Of a stretch of 35,334 nt of DNA, positions 21,821 through 31,684 are shown piece by piece. The notes under the pieces were generated by a model. The model saw only the letters and a program-made list of their open reading frames with translations. It made no database searches and was not told the origin of the DNA. How positions within the stretch are numbered: the stretch's first letter is position 1; the number at the start of each line of letters is the position of its first letter. Location of the stretch: IMG/VR virus record IMGVR_UViG_3300045938_000009, positions 1 to 35,334 of that record; one strand, given 5' to 3'. Origin of the DNA: a virus. A program made the position numbers and the translations under genes.

Positions 21821-23749
21821 TTATATAGCCCTCCATGTTGTGCCGTCGGAGAAGAACTCGTAAGCATCTCCAGGCTTAATTGTTGAAATATCTGTAGAAC
21901 CAGCTACAGCCTGTGTAATTGTACCCGTATTTTTAAGGGTGTAACGGTTTGTATTACCAGATGCTGTTGGAAGAGTAAAAGTATATGCTACTGCGTCATT
22001 CCAGTAATAAATATAATCTACTAAAGAACTTGATCCACCTGTCATAGAAGCAGTGATAGCGGCTATTGAACGTGTGATACCCGAACCGCCACCGCCGCCA
22101 CCGCTATACTGGGGAATATTAAGCGTAGATCCAACGAGAGTAGCCGCCCCACTCGTACCCACAGTAGTTAAACTAATTATATCTTGTTTTAAAGCGAGTG
22201 CAGTATTAACTTGACCCCTTGTAGTTACGTTAGTGTCAACTGTTGCATCATTAGCTGTTAGTTGACCAGAGGCTGTACGACGCGCGAGGGTGTTATTACC
22301 AGCGAGTGAGGAATAAAGCGTGGTAGTTTCTGAGCCGTTAAGCCTGCTATATACCTCAGCAGTGTTCGTAGAGGTGCTTTGTTGAACCTTGGTGGCTAAA
22401 GAAGCGTTAACAGAGCTTGTAGTCGCATAGGGAGATAAGTCTTGATCTCCTGTATTTGTACCCGATGTATTAGATATGACTGTAGCCTGTGCGTCTGTAA
22501 CGTATCTCTTATTCGTTGAGTCGGCAATATCAGCAGTTGTAGCATCTACTCCTGCGGTAACTAAGCCCTTTGCGTCGTAGGTAATCTTAGTCTTAGTAGA
22601 AGCTGTAATGTTTGCATTAGGAACAACGCCTACATTTGCATTTGTAGCAATTCCAGCAAGCTTTGTCTTTTCTGTTGAAGTGTAAGCTTTGTTAGTTGTT
22701 CCGTCTGGTACAGCATCTTGGTTCAATGTTTGAAATGTCTTATCACCCCTGTAATACTGTGCTGTTGTTCCCGTGCTAATAACAGGCTCTTTTGTAGCGT
22801 CTGTTACAGTGATATTAGATGTACCGTCAAACGCTACGCCGTTGATATTTCTAGCAGTAGTTAATTTAGGAGATGATACAACCGTTAAAACTGGTGTAGT
22901 AGTCGGATTAGTAATAGTTAAGTCAGATGATGATGATGATACGTTAGTAACAGTTCCAGACCCCCCGCCAGAACCTGATACTGGTAAGTCTCCACTACCT
23001 AGGATGCTAACACCGTTGATTGTCTTAATATTAGTGCCAGATACCAAAGTAGCCTGCTTACCAGCAAGTCCAGGAACGGTAGGAGATGCAGCAGTTCCAG
23101 CCAAATCACCAGCTAACTGAATAATACCTTTAGTTGTAGTTGTGGCATCTGATACTGAACCACCGCCGCCAGTTGAACTAATAATAGGGTTTTTTGGATC
23201 AGCGTTATTAACTGTAATGTTTGTACCAGCTACAATAGTGTCCACTTGACCCTTAGTGTTAAGTGCGGTTTGTGTAGCCGTGCTAACTGGTTTATTGGCG
23301 TCAGAAGTGTTGTCTACGTTTCCAAGTCCTACATCGCCTTTAACGAGAGTAACTACACCAGTTTTACCTGCAACAGATTGTACAGGCCCTACAGAAGCGG
23401 CTTGTGCTGAGTTTACGTAGCCAGCAGGGTTGGAAGCGTCGTACTTGGCGTTGAGAGCCGTTTGAGTAGCCGAGGAAATGGGTTTAGATGTATCACTGGT
23501 GTTATCGACGTTAGAAAGACCCACATCTGATTTAGTGAGGGTCTTAAAGCTTGCATCATAGTTTGTGCTTGAGTTCTTAGCAAGTACCTGTCCAGTAGTA
23601 CCCCCAGTTGGAAAACCCACACCAGCTTCTCCAGGGTTACCTTGCGGCCCAGCAGGGCCTGCTTGACCTTGCGCTCTTACATAGGCTTTAACTACTATCG
23701 TTTTAACAATAGCTTTTACTTGATTCCTATTGTTATTAACCTGTGCCAT
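21821..23749 (-). CDS. Tail fibre protein with collagen-like and phage fibre repeats
   Basis: 642 aa. GQAGPAGPQGNPGEAG forms Gly-X-Y triplets. There are two copies of DVGL(S/G)NVDNTSD..KP(I/V)S.ATQTALN.K, the classic phage tail-fibre repeat, plus poly-Gly hinges. Confidence 0.85.
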   Translation of the reverse strand: MAQVNNNRNQVKAIVKTIVVKAYVRAQGQAGPAGPQGNPGEAGVGFPTGGTTGQVLAKNSSTNYDASFKTLTKSDVGLSNVDNTSDTSKPISSATQTALNAKYDASNPAGYVNSAQAASVGPVQSVAGKTGVVTLVKGDVGLGNVDNTSDANKPVSTATQTALNTKGQVDTIVAGTNITVNNADPKNPIISSTGGGGSVSDATTTTKGIIQLAGDLAGTAASPTVPGLAGKQATLVSGTNIKTINGVSILGSGDLPVSGSGGGSGTVTNVSSSSSDLTITNPTTTPVLTVVSSPKLTTARNINGVAFDGTSNITVTDATKEPVISTGTTAQYYRGDKTFQTLNQDAVPDGTTNKAYTSTEKTKLAGIATNANVGVVPNANITASTKTKITYDAKGLVTAGVDATTADIADSTNKRYVTDAQATVISNTSGTNTGDQDLSPYATTSSVNASLATKVQQSTSTNTAEVYSRLNGSETTTLYSSLAGNNTLARRTASGQLTANDATVDTNVTTRGQVNTALALKQDIISLTTVGTSGAATLVGSTLNIPQYSGGGGGGSGITRSIAAITASMTGGSSSLVDYIYYWNDAVAYTFTLPTASGNTNRYTLKNTGTITQAVAGSTDISTIKPGDAYEFFSDGTTWRAI

Positions 23750-24096
23750 TAGCAGTCATTTCCTTCTGGTGGTATAACTTCTACGATTGAAGGGTCGAAT
23801 TGGATGCTGGTAAGTTGGTTACTTGTGTCTTTGTATCGAGCATACCAGTGATACTCACCAAGTGGGATGAGTGAGGCCGTGCTAGTAATCGTAAAGTCAA
23901 AGCTTGTTACGTTTGCGGCAAGGCTCGTGAGTTGCACTGTAATAAGTGCTGTAGGGTCTAAGTAAACGTCAGGTGGGTTAGAAGTCGTAGGAACAACAAA
24001 CAAGGCTACAGAAGCCCCCAGAGTGTTTGTAAATGCAGTATTAGGTACTGATATTACTTGAATGTCACCGCGTGTAATGGTTGCTTGATTGCTCAT
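23749..24096 (-). CDS. Hypothetical structural protein (115 aa)
   Basis: ORF coupled to the tail-fibre gene start, with beta-rich composition. Confidence 0.55.
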   Translation of the reverse strand: MSNQATITRGDIQVISVPNTAFTNTLGASVALFVVPTTSNPPDVYLDPTALITVQLTSLAANVTSFDFTITSTASLIPLGEYHWYARYKDTSNQLTSIQFDPSIVEVIPPEGNDC

Positions 24097-25016
24097 CAGG
24101 CGGCCTCGTATCTGAGGTTAAAGGAGAAAATTGTACCAGCCGCAAGAGTACCAATAGGCTTTGATGCACTAAGCTGTACTAAACGAGTATCTGTCGGTGA
24201 GTTAGGTACAAAGGCTGTAGCTGTTCCGCTAGTAGCCCATAGTGTTACACCTGAGTAGGATTCCGAACCTGGTTTGTCAAAATAAGCTACACCAAGTACT
24301 GAGTGAAGCGTATTATATGTCGATACAGAGACAGTAGGAAGGCTAAAAGATACTGCACCAGTCACGGCTGTTGTACTACCGAAAACTATAGTTAGTTCAG
24401 CATCTACGTTTTTACCAACTTGAGTATATCGAGCCGTTACTGTTCCGTTTCCTAAAGTTAAGTTTGTCCATGATACGTTCCAAGTGCGACGAGCAGAGCC
24501 AACTGATGTTGGGCGCAGGTCGTATATGTTTGTAATTGTAGAGCCATTGGTTACAACCTTCGCAAGCATTACGTAGCCAGCAGGTGTAGCAGGTTGAGCT
24601 GCATTATTGGTCTGTGGGCTATACTGAATTGCTCCGTTGGAATCTACATAAACATAGGTATCTCTTGATGCTGTAAATGCGTTAGAGGTAACTGCTGCAA
24701 CTTGTAAACGTTTACCAGATACATATGCTACGCCAGAAGTCATAGTACCAGTTAATCCGCTTGTAAGTGACCAGATAAGGCCAGAAGCTACTAGGTCACC
24801 GACTGTTTCACTTTCTCTTGTCTCGGGGTTTGATGATATGTCAGAAGCGGAAGCAGGAAGAGTACCAGCGGATATCTTAGATCCACTAATAGTATTGATA
24901 TTTGCATCGTCAAGTTGTCCGTTAACGACTGCTGCAAGAGCATTAGGCCCTTGGTTAACAGATAGAGCTGTTACTTCGTCGTTAGGGTTTACTTGAGGAA
25001 CGGTAACAGTTGGCAT
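24096..25016 (-). CDS. Fibre or tail-associated structural protein (306 aa)
   Basis: Thr/Ser/Ala/Val/Gly-rich. It lies behind a family-L promoter-leader. Confidence 0.55.
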   Translation of the reverse strand: MPTVTVPQVNPNDEVTALSVNQGPNALAAVVNGQLDDANINTISGSKISAGTLPASASDISSNPETRESETVGDLVASGLIWSLTSGLTGTMTSGVAYVSGKRLQVAAVTSNAFTASRDTYVYVDSNGAIQYSPQTNNAAQPATPAGYVMLAKVVTNGSTITNIYDLRPTSVGSARRTWNVSWTNLTLGNGTVTARYTQVGKNVDAELTIVFGSTTAVTGAVSFSLPTVSVSTYNTLHSVLGVAYFDKPGSESYSGVTLWATSGTATAFVPNSPTDTRLVQLSASKPIGTLAAGTIFSFNLRYEAA

Positions 25017-25028
25017 GTATCATCTCTT

Positions 25029-25078
25029 CCCCGTCCGTGTGTTATCTTAAATATAACATTGAAAGGACGATTGTTAAA
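25029..25078 (-). promoter_or_regulatory. Late-type promoter-leader cassette (family L)
   Basis: The - strand reads TGTTATATT-TAAGATAAC-ACAC-GGACGGGG (extended -10) and is near-identical to 28221-28248. Confidence 0.5.
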
Positions 25079-25083
25079 TAGTC

Positions 25084-27357
25084 TTATTGTCCATATTGGG
25101 CAAGAATTGATGTAAGGTCAGTACTTCCCCCTCCATATTGTGCTGTGTTCTGAGCGGCTACTTGTAGTTTACGTCTGAGTTCTGCAAACTTTTGTGCTGC
25201 TACCTCTGGATTGTCATTAACTCTTGGTAATGAATCAATGAAAGCCTTAGCATCAGCATCTGTAACTTGACCACCTCCGTTTACAGCTTTCGCAAGCTGA
25301 GTAAGGCTAGAGTTTAATTGGCTATTATATAAATCAACATTATTATTTGCTCCTACAGCTCCAAGTAAATTCTGGACAGCTCCACCGATGCGTCCACTTC
25401 CACCGCCAGTTTGTGCAAACAAGTTTTCGAGTTGGTCTACTGTATTTATAGCATTTGCAGAAGTTGCCAATCCTGTACGAGCAGTAGCACCTAGTGCGCC
25501 TTCACCTGTTTTAGCTTCGTAGTCGTTAATACGGTCGTATAGATCAGATAATGTTGCATATCCTTTAGTATCGCCAGCAGATAGCGCGTTAGTCATCTGA
25601 GCAGCTACATCTTGCAAGCTAATACCGAATGGATTAGTAGGCTGCGGCGCTTCACCTGTTCCTAATGTGCTAGGGTTGAGGTCTTGCTGTGCAAATAGTG
25701 GGTTACTTTGTAGTGATGCATAGTCCTCAGCGGTTAGACCTTGTTCATCTAGTTGCATTTCTGGTGCTGTATCAGCTGTAAGAATACGGCCTGCACCTTG
25801 TCGAGCTGCTAGAGGTAATACGCCTTGACCAGCTGCACGTGCGCCTGTGGATAGTCCGCCACCTTGTAAACCACGTCCAAGACCTGCAATAGCACCAGCT
25901 GCGGTAGGAGTTGCTGCATCAATAGGTGCGCCAAGTAAGTTGAGAGGGTTGCGAACAAACGATCCAAGGCTGTTGGTTAAATCTTTGCCACCTAGTGTAC
26001 GGCTGCCTTCTGCTTGTCCTGTTGCACGGTCGATTTTACCAAGATCAACAAAGTCACGTTTCATAGTACGTAGTTGGTTAATGTTTTTAACACCACCAAG
26101 TTCGTTTGCGATCTTACGGTAGGCGTCTGCCTGCGCTTTATTACCAGCTGCCGCTAAGTCATCAGCACGGAAGAGAAGATCGTCACGACCAGACTTGATA
26201 AGAGTAGGCAATGATTCATTAACGCCAGGTGATTTATAAATAGATTTCTCTAGGTTATTTGCAAGGTTATTATAAATACCAGCAATTTGCTTTTGTGCAG
26301 GTGTAGCCGTTAATGCTGAATCACTAATACTTCGCGCTGTGGCACGAAAATTGTTTGCTTGGTCAAATGCAGCCGTAGGGTTAGCTAATGTGCTGAGTGA
26401 GCCAGCTGAACCGCCGTACATTGTCGTACTAGCGTTTTTAACGTTGCGTAAGATGCTTTTACGTTCTGTATCGCTAAGAAGTGAACCTTTATCATCAATA
26501 AGCTTTTGAGCAGCTGTGCGAAGGTCATCAACTTTGACACCCTTTGAGCTTTCAACGGATGCACGGGTAAGAGTGTCTAGTAAGCTATCATCACCAGCAC
26601 CAGTAAGACCTCGGGATACTTCCGCCATGTCATCTAGGTTAGTAAGCCCAGTCCGCTTGTTAACGTTTCCGAATGTATTTATTTGACTACCAATACCGTT
26701 ACGGCGTGCTTGTGCGTTTGTCATACCAGTCTGAGAAGCAAGCATTTTATTACCAGTGTTCTCAAGTGAAGTACCAAGTTTGTTACCTAGCTTACCAGCC
26801 GTTGCAGGCGTGTTGGTTAGCCCGTACTTAGCAGCCGTACCTTTGCTAACTGTAGAAGTTCCAGCCTGTTGCAATAATTCACGTGCGCTAGTCTTACCAA
26901 TTCCTGTTGCTGCTTTAGCACCAGCCTTTAATACCTTGAATCCAGCACCAAGAGGAGTAGAGGTAACACCACCTAGTAATGCCTCTTGTGCAACACCTTT
27001 ACCTAAATCTTGTTCACCTTCAACAGCGTTTTGACCAACCTTACCAAGTGCAGAACCACCAGCACCACCAGCGATAGCACCAAGTAGACCACCAACTGCC
27101 GTACCAAGTACAGGAACAACAGAACCTAAGGCCGCACCACCAGCTGCGCCTGCTAATGCTCCACCGATACCACCACCTGTAGGAATAAGAGATGTTAAGA
27201 AGTTACCGCCACCCTTTTTAGGTGCGGCGTTCTTATTCTTTAATTCACTTAGAATACGTTGCTGTTCTTGTCGGCGGTAGTACTCATCCCATGATTGTGA
27301 CCCACCAGTTTGTGCTGCTTGAGAGGCTTGATTGTTCCAGTCATCTATAAAACTCAT
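25084..27357 (-). CDS. Large Gly-rich internal virion/ejection-type protein
   Basis: 757 aa with a Gly/Ala-rich hydrophobic block (GGIGGALAGAAGGAALGSVVPVLGTAVGGLLGAIAGGAGG). Its position is equivalent to the T7 internal core proteins. No enzymatic motif seen. Confidence 0.55.
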   Translation of the reverse strand: MSFIDDWNNQASQAAQTGGSQSWDEYYRRQEQQRILSELKNKNAAPKKGGGNFLTSLIPTGGGIGGALAGAAGGAALGSVVPVLGTAVGGLLGAIAGGAGGSALGKVGQNAVEGEQDLGKGVAQEALLGGVTSTPLGAGFKVLKAGAKAATGIGKTSARELLQQAGTSTVSKGTAAKYGLTNTPATAGKLGNKLGTSLENTGNKMLASQTGMTNAQARRNGIGSQINTFGNVNKRTGLTNLDDMAEVSRGLTGAGDDSLLDTLTRASVESSKGVKVDDLRTAAQKLIDDKGSLLSDTERKSILRNVKNASTTMYGGSAGSLSTLANPTAAFDQANNFRATARSISDSALTATPAQKQIAGIYNNLANNLEKSIYKSPGVNESLPTLIKSGRDDLLFRADDLAAAGNKAQADAYRKIANELGGVKNINQLRTMKRDFVDLGKIDRATGQAEGSRTLGGKDLTNSLGSFVRNPLNLLGAPIDAATPTAAGAIAGLGRGLQGGGLSTGARAAGQGVLPLAARQGAGRILTADTAPEMQLDEQGLTAEDYASLQSNPLFAQQDLNPSTLGTGEAPQPTNPFGISLQDVAAQMTNALSAGDTKGYATLSDLYDRINDYEAKTGEGALGATARTGLATSANAINTVDQLENLFAQTGGGSGRIGGAVQNLLGAVGANNNVDLYNSQLNSSLTQLAKAVNGGGQVTDADAKAFIDSLPRVNDNPEVAAQKFAELRRKLQVAAQNTAQYGGGSTDLTSILAQYGQ

Positions 27358-27364
27358 AATATCC

Positions 27365-28201
27365 TTAGAATGTTGGCACTCTTATGCCTTGGTTGTTAGT
27401 GACTATCTGTGTACCACGTTGTGCGTTATTAGCATATGTACCAGTTGCGCCCACTGCGGTTAGTGCAGCCTTCACGTTTGCTGGTGCATTACCAAACTTA
27501 GCGTCGTTACCAACATATTGAAGCGCGATTTTAGCATTTTGATCACCGTCTTTTGCAAGTTGTGTAAGTACTTCACGATAACCACGCCCAGTCAGCTGTG
27601 AGTACTGAGCAGCGTTAATTGCTTTACCTGTGCCGTCAAAGAAATTAAAACCACCATTAGCATTTTTATCAATTCGTGCAGCACCAGGTGTTGCACCTGT
27701 TGGGTTACCACCTCCGCCACCGCCACCAAAGTTGTACTGACGAGCTGCGTCAGCTGCCGCACGAGCTTGAGCTGCTTGCTGTTCATTGAACTGTCGAATA
27801 GACTCCTGAAATTGTCGCTCTTGGAAGTCACGAGATAGGTCAGTATCGTAGATTGATTGAGCCTGTGAACGCTTCTCACGGTTAAGAGACGCAAGAGACT
27901 CCTGTAATGATAGCTCTTTGTTTGCACCAGTTGCTTTTAAGTTAGCGATTGCGGGTGCGTACTCAGTAGCGGCGTACTGTGCTTGTTCACCTAGAGGAAT
28001 ACCACCAAAAGCTACACCAGTACCACGACGACGAGCTGAGTTAAGAATATTAGTGTTAGCTTGTCCTAGCTTTGCGTCTGCTTGTTGTACACCTGCTTCA
28101 ATTTCACCAGGAATGGCGTTTAAACGGGTATTTAAAATGTTCTCGCTTGAAGAGTAAGAGGGGTTAAGTTCTGCAAGGATTTGATCTAATGATCGTGCCA
28201 C
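27365..28201 (-). CDS. Internal virion-type protein (278 aa)
   Basis: GTG start. A Gln/Ala-rich coiled segment, a GGGGGGG run, and a position within the internal-protein block. Confidence 0.5.
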   Translation of the reverse strand: MARSLDQILAELNPSYSSSENILNTRLNAIPGEIEAGVQQADAKLGQANTNILNSARRRGTGVAFGGIPLGEQAQYAATEYAPAIANLKATGANKELSLQESLASLNREKRSQAQSIYDTDLSRDFQERQFQESIRQFNEQQAAQARAAADAARQYNFGGGGGGGNPTGATPGAARIDKNANGGFNFFDGTGKAINAAQYSQLTGRGYREVLTQLAKDGDQNAKIALQYVGNDAKFGNAPANVKAALTAVGATGTYANNAQRGTQIVTNNQGIRVPTF

Positions 28202-28220
28202 TAATGTAATTCCAGATTAA

Positions 28221-28268
28221 CCCCGTCCTAGTTATCTTAAATATAGCACGAGAAATAGTACTGGTAAA
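28221..28268 (-). promoter_or_regulatory. Late-type promoter-leader cassette (family L)
   Basis: The - strand reads TTTACC-N17-TATATT preceded by TGC (extended -10), then TAAGATAAC-TA-GGACGGGG. Confidence 0.5.
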
Positions 28269-28274
28269 GCATAT

Positions 28275-28691
28275 TTATACGAATGGCGATAGAAAGGTGT
28301 TGACTTCAAATGTAAACACCTGATCTCCCGCTTCTGTAACGAGAGGATCAGTGTAAGGATTGTATATAACTAGTTCAGCACGTAAGGTATTAGGCCCAGA
28401 GCGACGAAGGTACGCGTTGTTGTTATAGATTGTTGGTGAACCTGCTGTACTTCCAAACCTGAGCGTAGATAGCTGTAGTGTAGAGTAAAAGGCGTTTCCA
28501 TCTTTACTTGAGGCTATTCTAGCCCGTTCACTTGCCCCAATCTTACCAACTGTAAAGTCTTGACCCTGTGTGTAGTTTGTACTACCTGGAACAACTATGC
28601 CACCTGGTAAAGTGAGACTAAAGGTAATAAACCCGTCATTCTTTAATGTGGCGTAGTCACTTGATGCAATAAATGATTCAGGTTTAGGCAT
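28275..28691 (-). CDS. Hypothetical virion protein (138 aa)
   Basis: ORF-track entry, coupled within the tail module. Confidence 0.55.
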   Translation of the reverse strand: MPKPESFIASSDYATLKNDGFITFSLTLPGGIVVPGSTNYTQGQDFTVGKIGASERARIASSKDGNAFYSTLQLSTLRFGSTAGSPTIYNNNAYLRRSGPNTLRAELVIYNPYTDPLVTEAGDQVFTFEVNTFLSPFV

Positions 28692-29359
28692 TAGTTATCC
28701 AGATATACGCGTAAATGTATACGCATGTTAGGGTTGCTATCGAATGTTAACTGAATAGAAGTAGCCGTAACAATACAATAGAATATACCGATACCGAGGT
28801 CGGCCACAACCGTTGGTGAAATCTCTCCGTTTCTCTCTTGCCAGCATAATACTTGTGGCCTATACCCTAAGTTATGTATCACGTTCTGTATACCGCCTGC
28901 TCCTGCTGGTTGTGTGTATATCTGGTTAATGAACAGCTTGGAGTAATTGTAATCTGTACTAAAAGCAAAAGTGTCTGCTTGGTTGGCTGTTGAAGGTGTC
29001 ACTACGTCTTTGTCTGCTGGTAAGAACGCATAGATACGGTAATAGAAGGTGACGGGTGCATTAGTATTATTCGTAGTTGAGACAAGAATACGTGTAGCGT
29101 CTGAACTGATACCGTTATTGATAGCAAACGGACTACCACCTAACGGGCCAGATCCAAAGTCGTATGAAGTTGTGAAGTTAGGATCAGTTGACCACGTTCC
29201 AAGCGGTAATATACCGAATGTAAAGCCATGGGGTATCATTTTATCCACAAAGTCGAATGAATTGATTACAAACGACCCTTCGGTCTTAAATATAATCTTA
29301 TCTAAGGGAAAATCTGTATTAAGTAAGAAGCTTTTAGCTTTCGTAACATCAGCAGGCAT
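28691..29359 (-). CDS. Hypothetical virion protein (222 aa)
   Basis: ORF-track entry, coupled within the tail module. Confidence 0.55.
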   Translation of the reverse strand: MPADVTKAKSFLLNTDFPLDKIIFKTEGSFVINSFDFVDKMIPHGFTFGILPLGTWSTDPNFTTSYDFGSGPLGGSPFAINNGISSDATRILVSTTNNTNAPVTFYYRIYAFLPADKDVVTPSTANQADTFAFSTDYNYSKLFINQIYTQPAGAGGIQNVIHNLGYRPQVLCWQERNGEISPTVVADLGIGIFYCIVTATSIQLTFDSNPNMRIHLRVYLDN

Positions 29360-29360
29360 G

Positions 29361-29714
29361 TTAACCTCCTAATTCTGTTAGCACGTTCTTCCCAGTCTTA
29401 ACAGTCCAGTGACCCATGCGCCCATCGTCAGGTGCTTGACCGTCTAGGGCTACAGGTACACCGTCTTGATAGTACAAAGTACCAAACCTAGCTGGATTAT
29501 CTTGGTATCTACCTTGAAAAATACCGTTTGCTGCAATGTCTCCGTACTGAGTACCCGTTAAATCGCCAATCTTGCCAATAAGTACAGTGTTATCACCACT
29601 ACCGAACTTCTTTGTTACTGCTTCTGCGTCTAGCTTTCGGAAGTTATTGTTAATAGCCTGCAACTGAGCTGCGGTACTTGTGTTAGGGCCAATAGGAGAA
29701 AACTGATTAGGCAT
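29361..29714 (-). CDS. Hypothetical virion protein (117 aa)
   Basis: ORF-track entry immediately after the gp12-like gene. Confidence 0.55.
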   Translation of the reverse strand: MPNQFSPIGPNTSTAAQLQAINNNFRKLDAEAVTKKFGSGDNTVLIGKIGDLTGTQYGDIAANGIFQGRYQDNPARFGTLYYQDGVPVALDGQAPDDGRMGHWTVKTGKNVLTELGG

Positions 29715-31684
29715 CAGTCAAGCCTTTGTACTTCAACTGTCATTACTTCGGAATCAAACTCAAAGGGTTCACGTGCCGCGACGTGCTGGTAAATGCGTTG
29801 TAGACGGTTAAACGTGCCTGGAATCCAAAGGTTTTTAGGAGTTACGATGCGTTGACCTGCGTACTTCACGCCAGTATTAAAGCGTAGACCTGTGTTATAC
29901 CGTCCACCTTGTCCTGATACGTCTACATCGCGGTACACTGGATTGTTTGCAAAGTCTTTATCGTAGCCTGCTTGTACAGAATAAGAACCTGACACGGAAG
30001 GGAGTTGTGGACGTTGCTTCGGTATTCTCTTTAGTTGGCTAGGCGTGTCAAAGTGTGAGTACGCTGTGTATAACGCTGTTTGCAGTTGGTCACCTAGGTT
30101 GTGGTAGTCATTAGTTGAACGTTCTCCGTAGTACAAAGCCCCTACTCGGTTGCTTGCCTGTATAAAGGTGTCATCCTGCGTAGCGCGTCCAAAGGTACGA
30201 CCGATGATAGTCTTTTTATCAAGGCTTTCGTATAGATTAAGAGCTAAGTTATATACAAAACACTCTGCGTTGTCTGCTGCACCTACTGGTGTATACCAAA
30301 TGTATAGGCGGTTATTGAACACATCTAGGTTAATACTCTCTTTATTCACAATGGCGCGGTAGTCTTCAAGAAAGTCCTCGGCAAGGTTGCGCTCTTCTGA
30401 ACCGTTGAACTGCCAGACACCCTCATCATCTGCGTGATAAATATAGTTAGAGTCGTATACCAATGATTCCTGTGAGAATGTACCACGTTGTGACGGCGCG
30501 TCATCATCTTGGAAGGTGTCATTGTCTGAACCGAGTAGTAAACGCTTGTTTCTCTTTGAGAAGAAGTAAAGCACACCGTTAAGAGGAGCCATAGCCCGTA
30601 GACCGTCGGCATTCTTAGGCCCAGGCATGTAAAGGAAGTCAGTAGAAGTAAACTTATCGTACTCTGCAAAGTTAGAGTAGTTAACTGCTGTAGGGTCAGC
30701 GTCGTTCGTGTAAAATATCAACCCCTTGTGAGACATGATATTATTAGGGATAACTGGAACGTCTGTAATCTGAGTGACAGTGGTGAAGTCCCACTTATAA
30801 GGCTTTTCAAGACCATTAGTCCAGCGAATTATGTCCTGATCCATTGAGAAACGGTATTTAGTTGCACCTGCTGCCATGCCAGACTTAATAACTGCGGTCG
30901 TACCGTTAGCGTTTGCCTCGTACATTGTGTCATTGAAAGCAAAGATAGTTCGCACCTGTCCATTAGGTCGGTATGCTTTAAATAAGCCCTTAACAGTACC
31001 GTTTGTAGATGTATAGACGTTTACGTTAGCTGCGAATGTCGTAGAAGTCCACACTAGACCGTCTGTGATGCTCTGTAGCGCGGTTGTTGCGGAAGTCGTC
31101 GTACTTATCTCATACGTTCCCATCTGTTCATTCTGCGCCCTTACAACCACGTAGTACTGAGTACCGTTTGTAATCAATGGGGCTTCAAGAAAGTATGAAG
31201 GAATGTATGTAAACGATGAAGTAACCGAAGATGCAGGAATTGAAGAGCGTCCAAGTAGTACGCCAGGCATACCAGCGGCGTTTGTGTATAGCTCTACAAG
31301 TAATACACCTTTACTTGCCATACTTGAACGTAGTCGAACGTCAACACGGGTCACTCTGTTCGTAGATGTAGCTGTCACACGCTGTGCTATAGCGTTAGTT
31401 GCACTTAATGTGAACGTACTTGCACCAGTAGTAGAAAGAACAGATGCGTTTGAAGCCTCACCGATAGGAGTAGTAAAACGGTCAAGCCCTCGGCGCGTCT
31501 TATATCGTCCAATGTTAATCATACGAGCGTCAATAGCCGCGACAAGCTCCGTGTTCTTTACGTCATCATTGTCTTTATATGAATTAACACCGTCTTTAAA
31601 TGACAGTGATTGCGTTTGCCCCTTCTGAGTAGTTATTGAAGGTACAGGAGTACGATAGCCAAACCTAGAACGTACCATTGCCAA
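29714..31684 (-). CDS. Tail tubular protein B-like (nozzle) protein
   Basis: 656 aa, the second gene after the capsid block, following a roughly 230-aa protein as in the T7 gp11-gp12 order. The call is by size and synteny only. The start may be ATG 31678. Confidence 0.55.
   Translation of the reverse strand: MAMVRSRFGYRTPVPSITTQKGQTQSLSFKDGVNSYKDNDDVKNTELVAAIDARMINIGRYKTRRGLDRFTTPIGEASNASVLSTTGASTFTLSATNAIAQRVTATSTNRVTRVDVRLRSSMASKGVLLVELYTNAAGMPGVLLGRSSIPASSVTSSFTYIPSYFLEAPLITNGTQYYVVVRAQNEQMGTYEISTTTSATTALQSITDGLVWTSTTFAANVNVYTSTNGTVKGLFKAYRPNGQVRTIFAFNDTMYEANANGTTAVIKSGMAAGATKYRFSMDQDIIRWTNGLEKPYKWDFTTVTQITDVPVIPNNIMSHKGLIFYTNDADPTAVNYSNFAEYDKFTSTDFLYMPGPKNADGLRAMAPLNGVLYFFSKRNKRLLLGSDNDTFQDDDAPSQRGTFSQESLVYDSNYIYHADDEGVWQFNGSEERNLAEDFLEDYRAIVNKESINLDVFNNRLYIWYTPVGAADNAECFVYNLALNLYESLDKKTIIGRTFGRATQDDTFIQASNRVGALYYGERSTNDYHNLGDQLQTALYTAYSHFDTPSQLKRIPKQRPQLPSVSGSYSVQAGYDKDFANNPVYRDVDVSGQGGRYNTGLRFNTGVKYAGQRIVTPKNLWIPGTFNRLQRIYQHVAAREPFEFDSEVMTVEVQRLD

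Noticed and set aside
22070-27730. Short GC-rich runs (ccaccgcc repeats near 22085-22110, 22960-22975, 23160-23175, 27705-27725)
   Set aside because: They simply encode poly-Gly hinges (GGGGGS, GGGGGGG) within the fibre and internal-protein ORFs and are not independent repeat elements.
23413-30669. Same-strand alternative-frame ORFs 23413..23622, 27592..27927 and 30346..30669
   Set aside because: They are fully nested in larger - strand ORFs (tail fibre, 278-aa protein, gp12-like). Their sequences are odd and Leu/Thr/Gln-rich, and there is no evidence of frameshift signals.
21221-31628. Numerous + strand ORFs within the structural genes (e.g. 22773..23120, 25847..26122, 26756..27034, 27918..28157, 29049..29372, 30150..30362, 31203..31628)
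   Set aside because: All are embedded antisense in long, well-supported - strand genes. None has an RBS or a recognisable motif.
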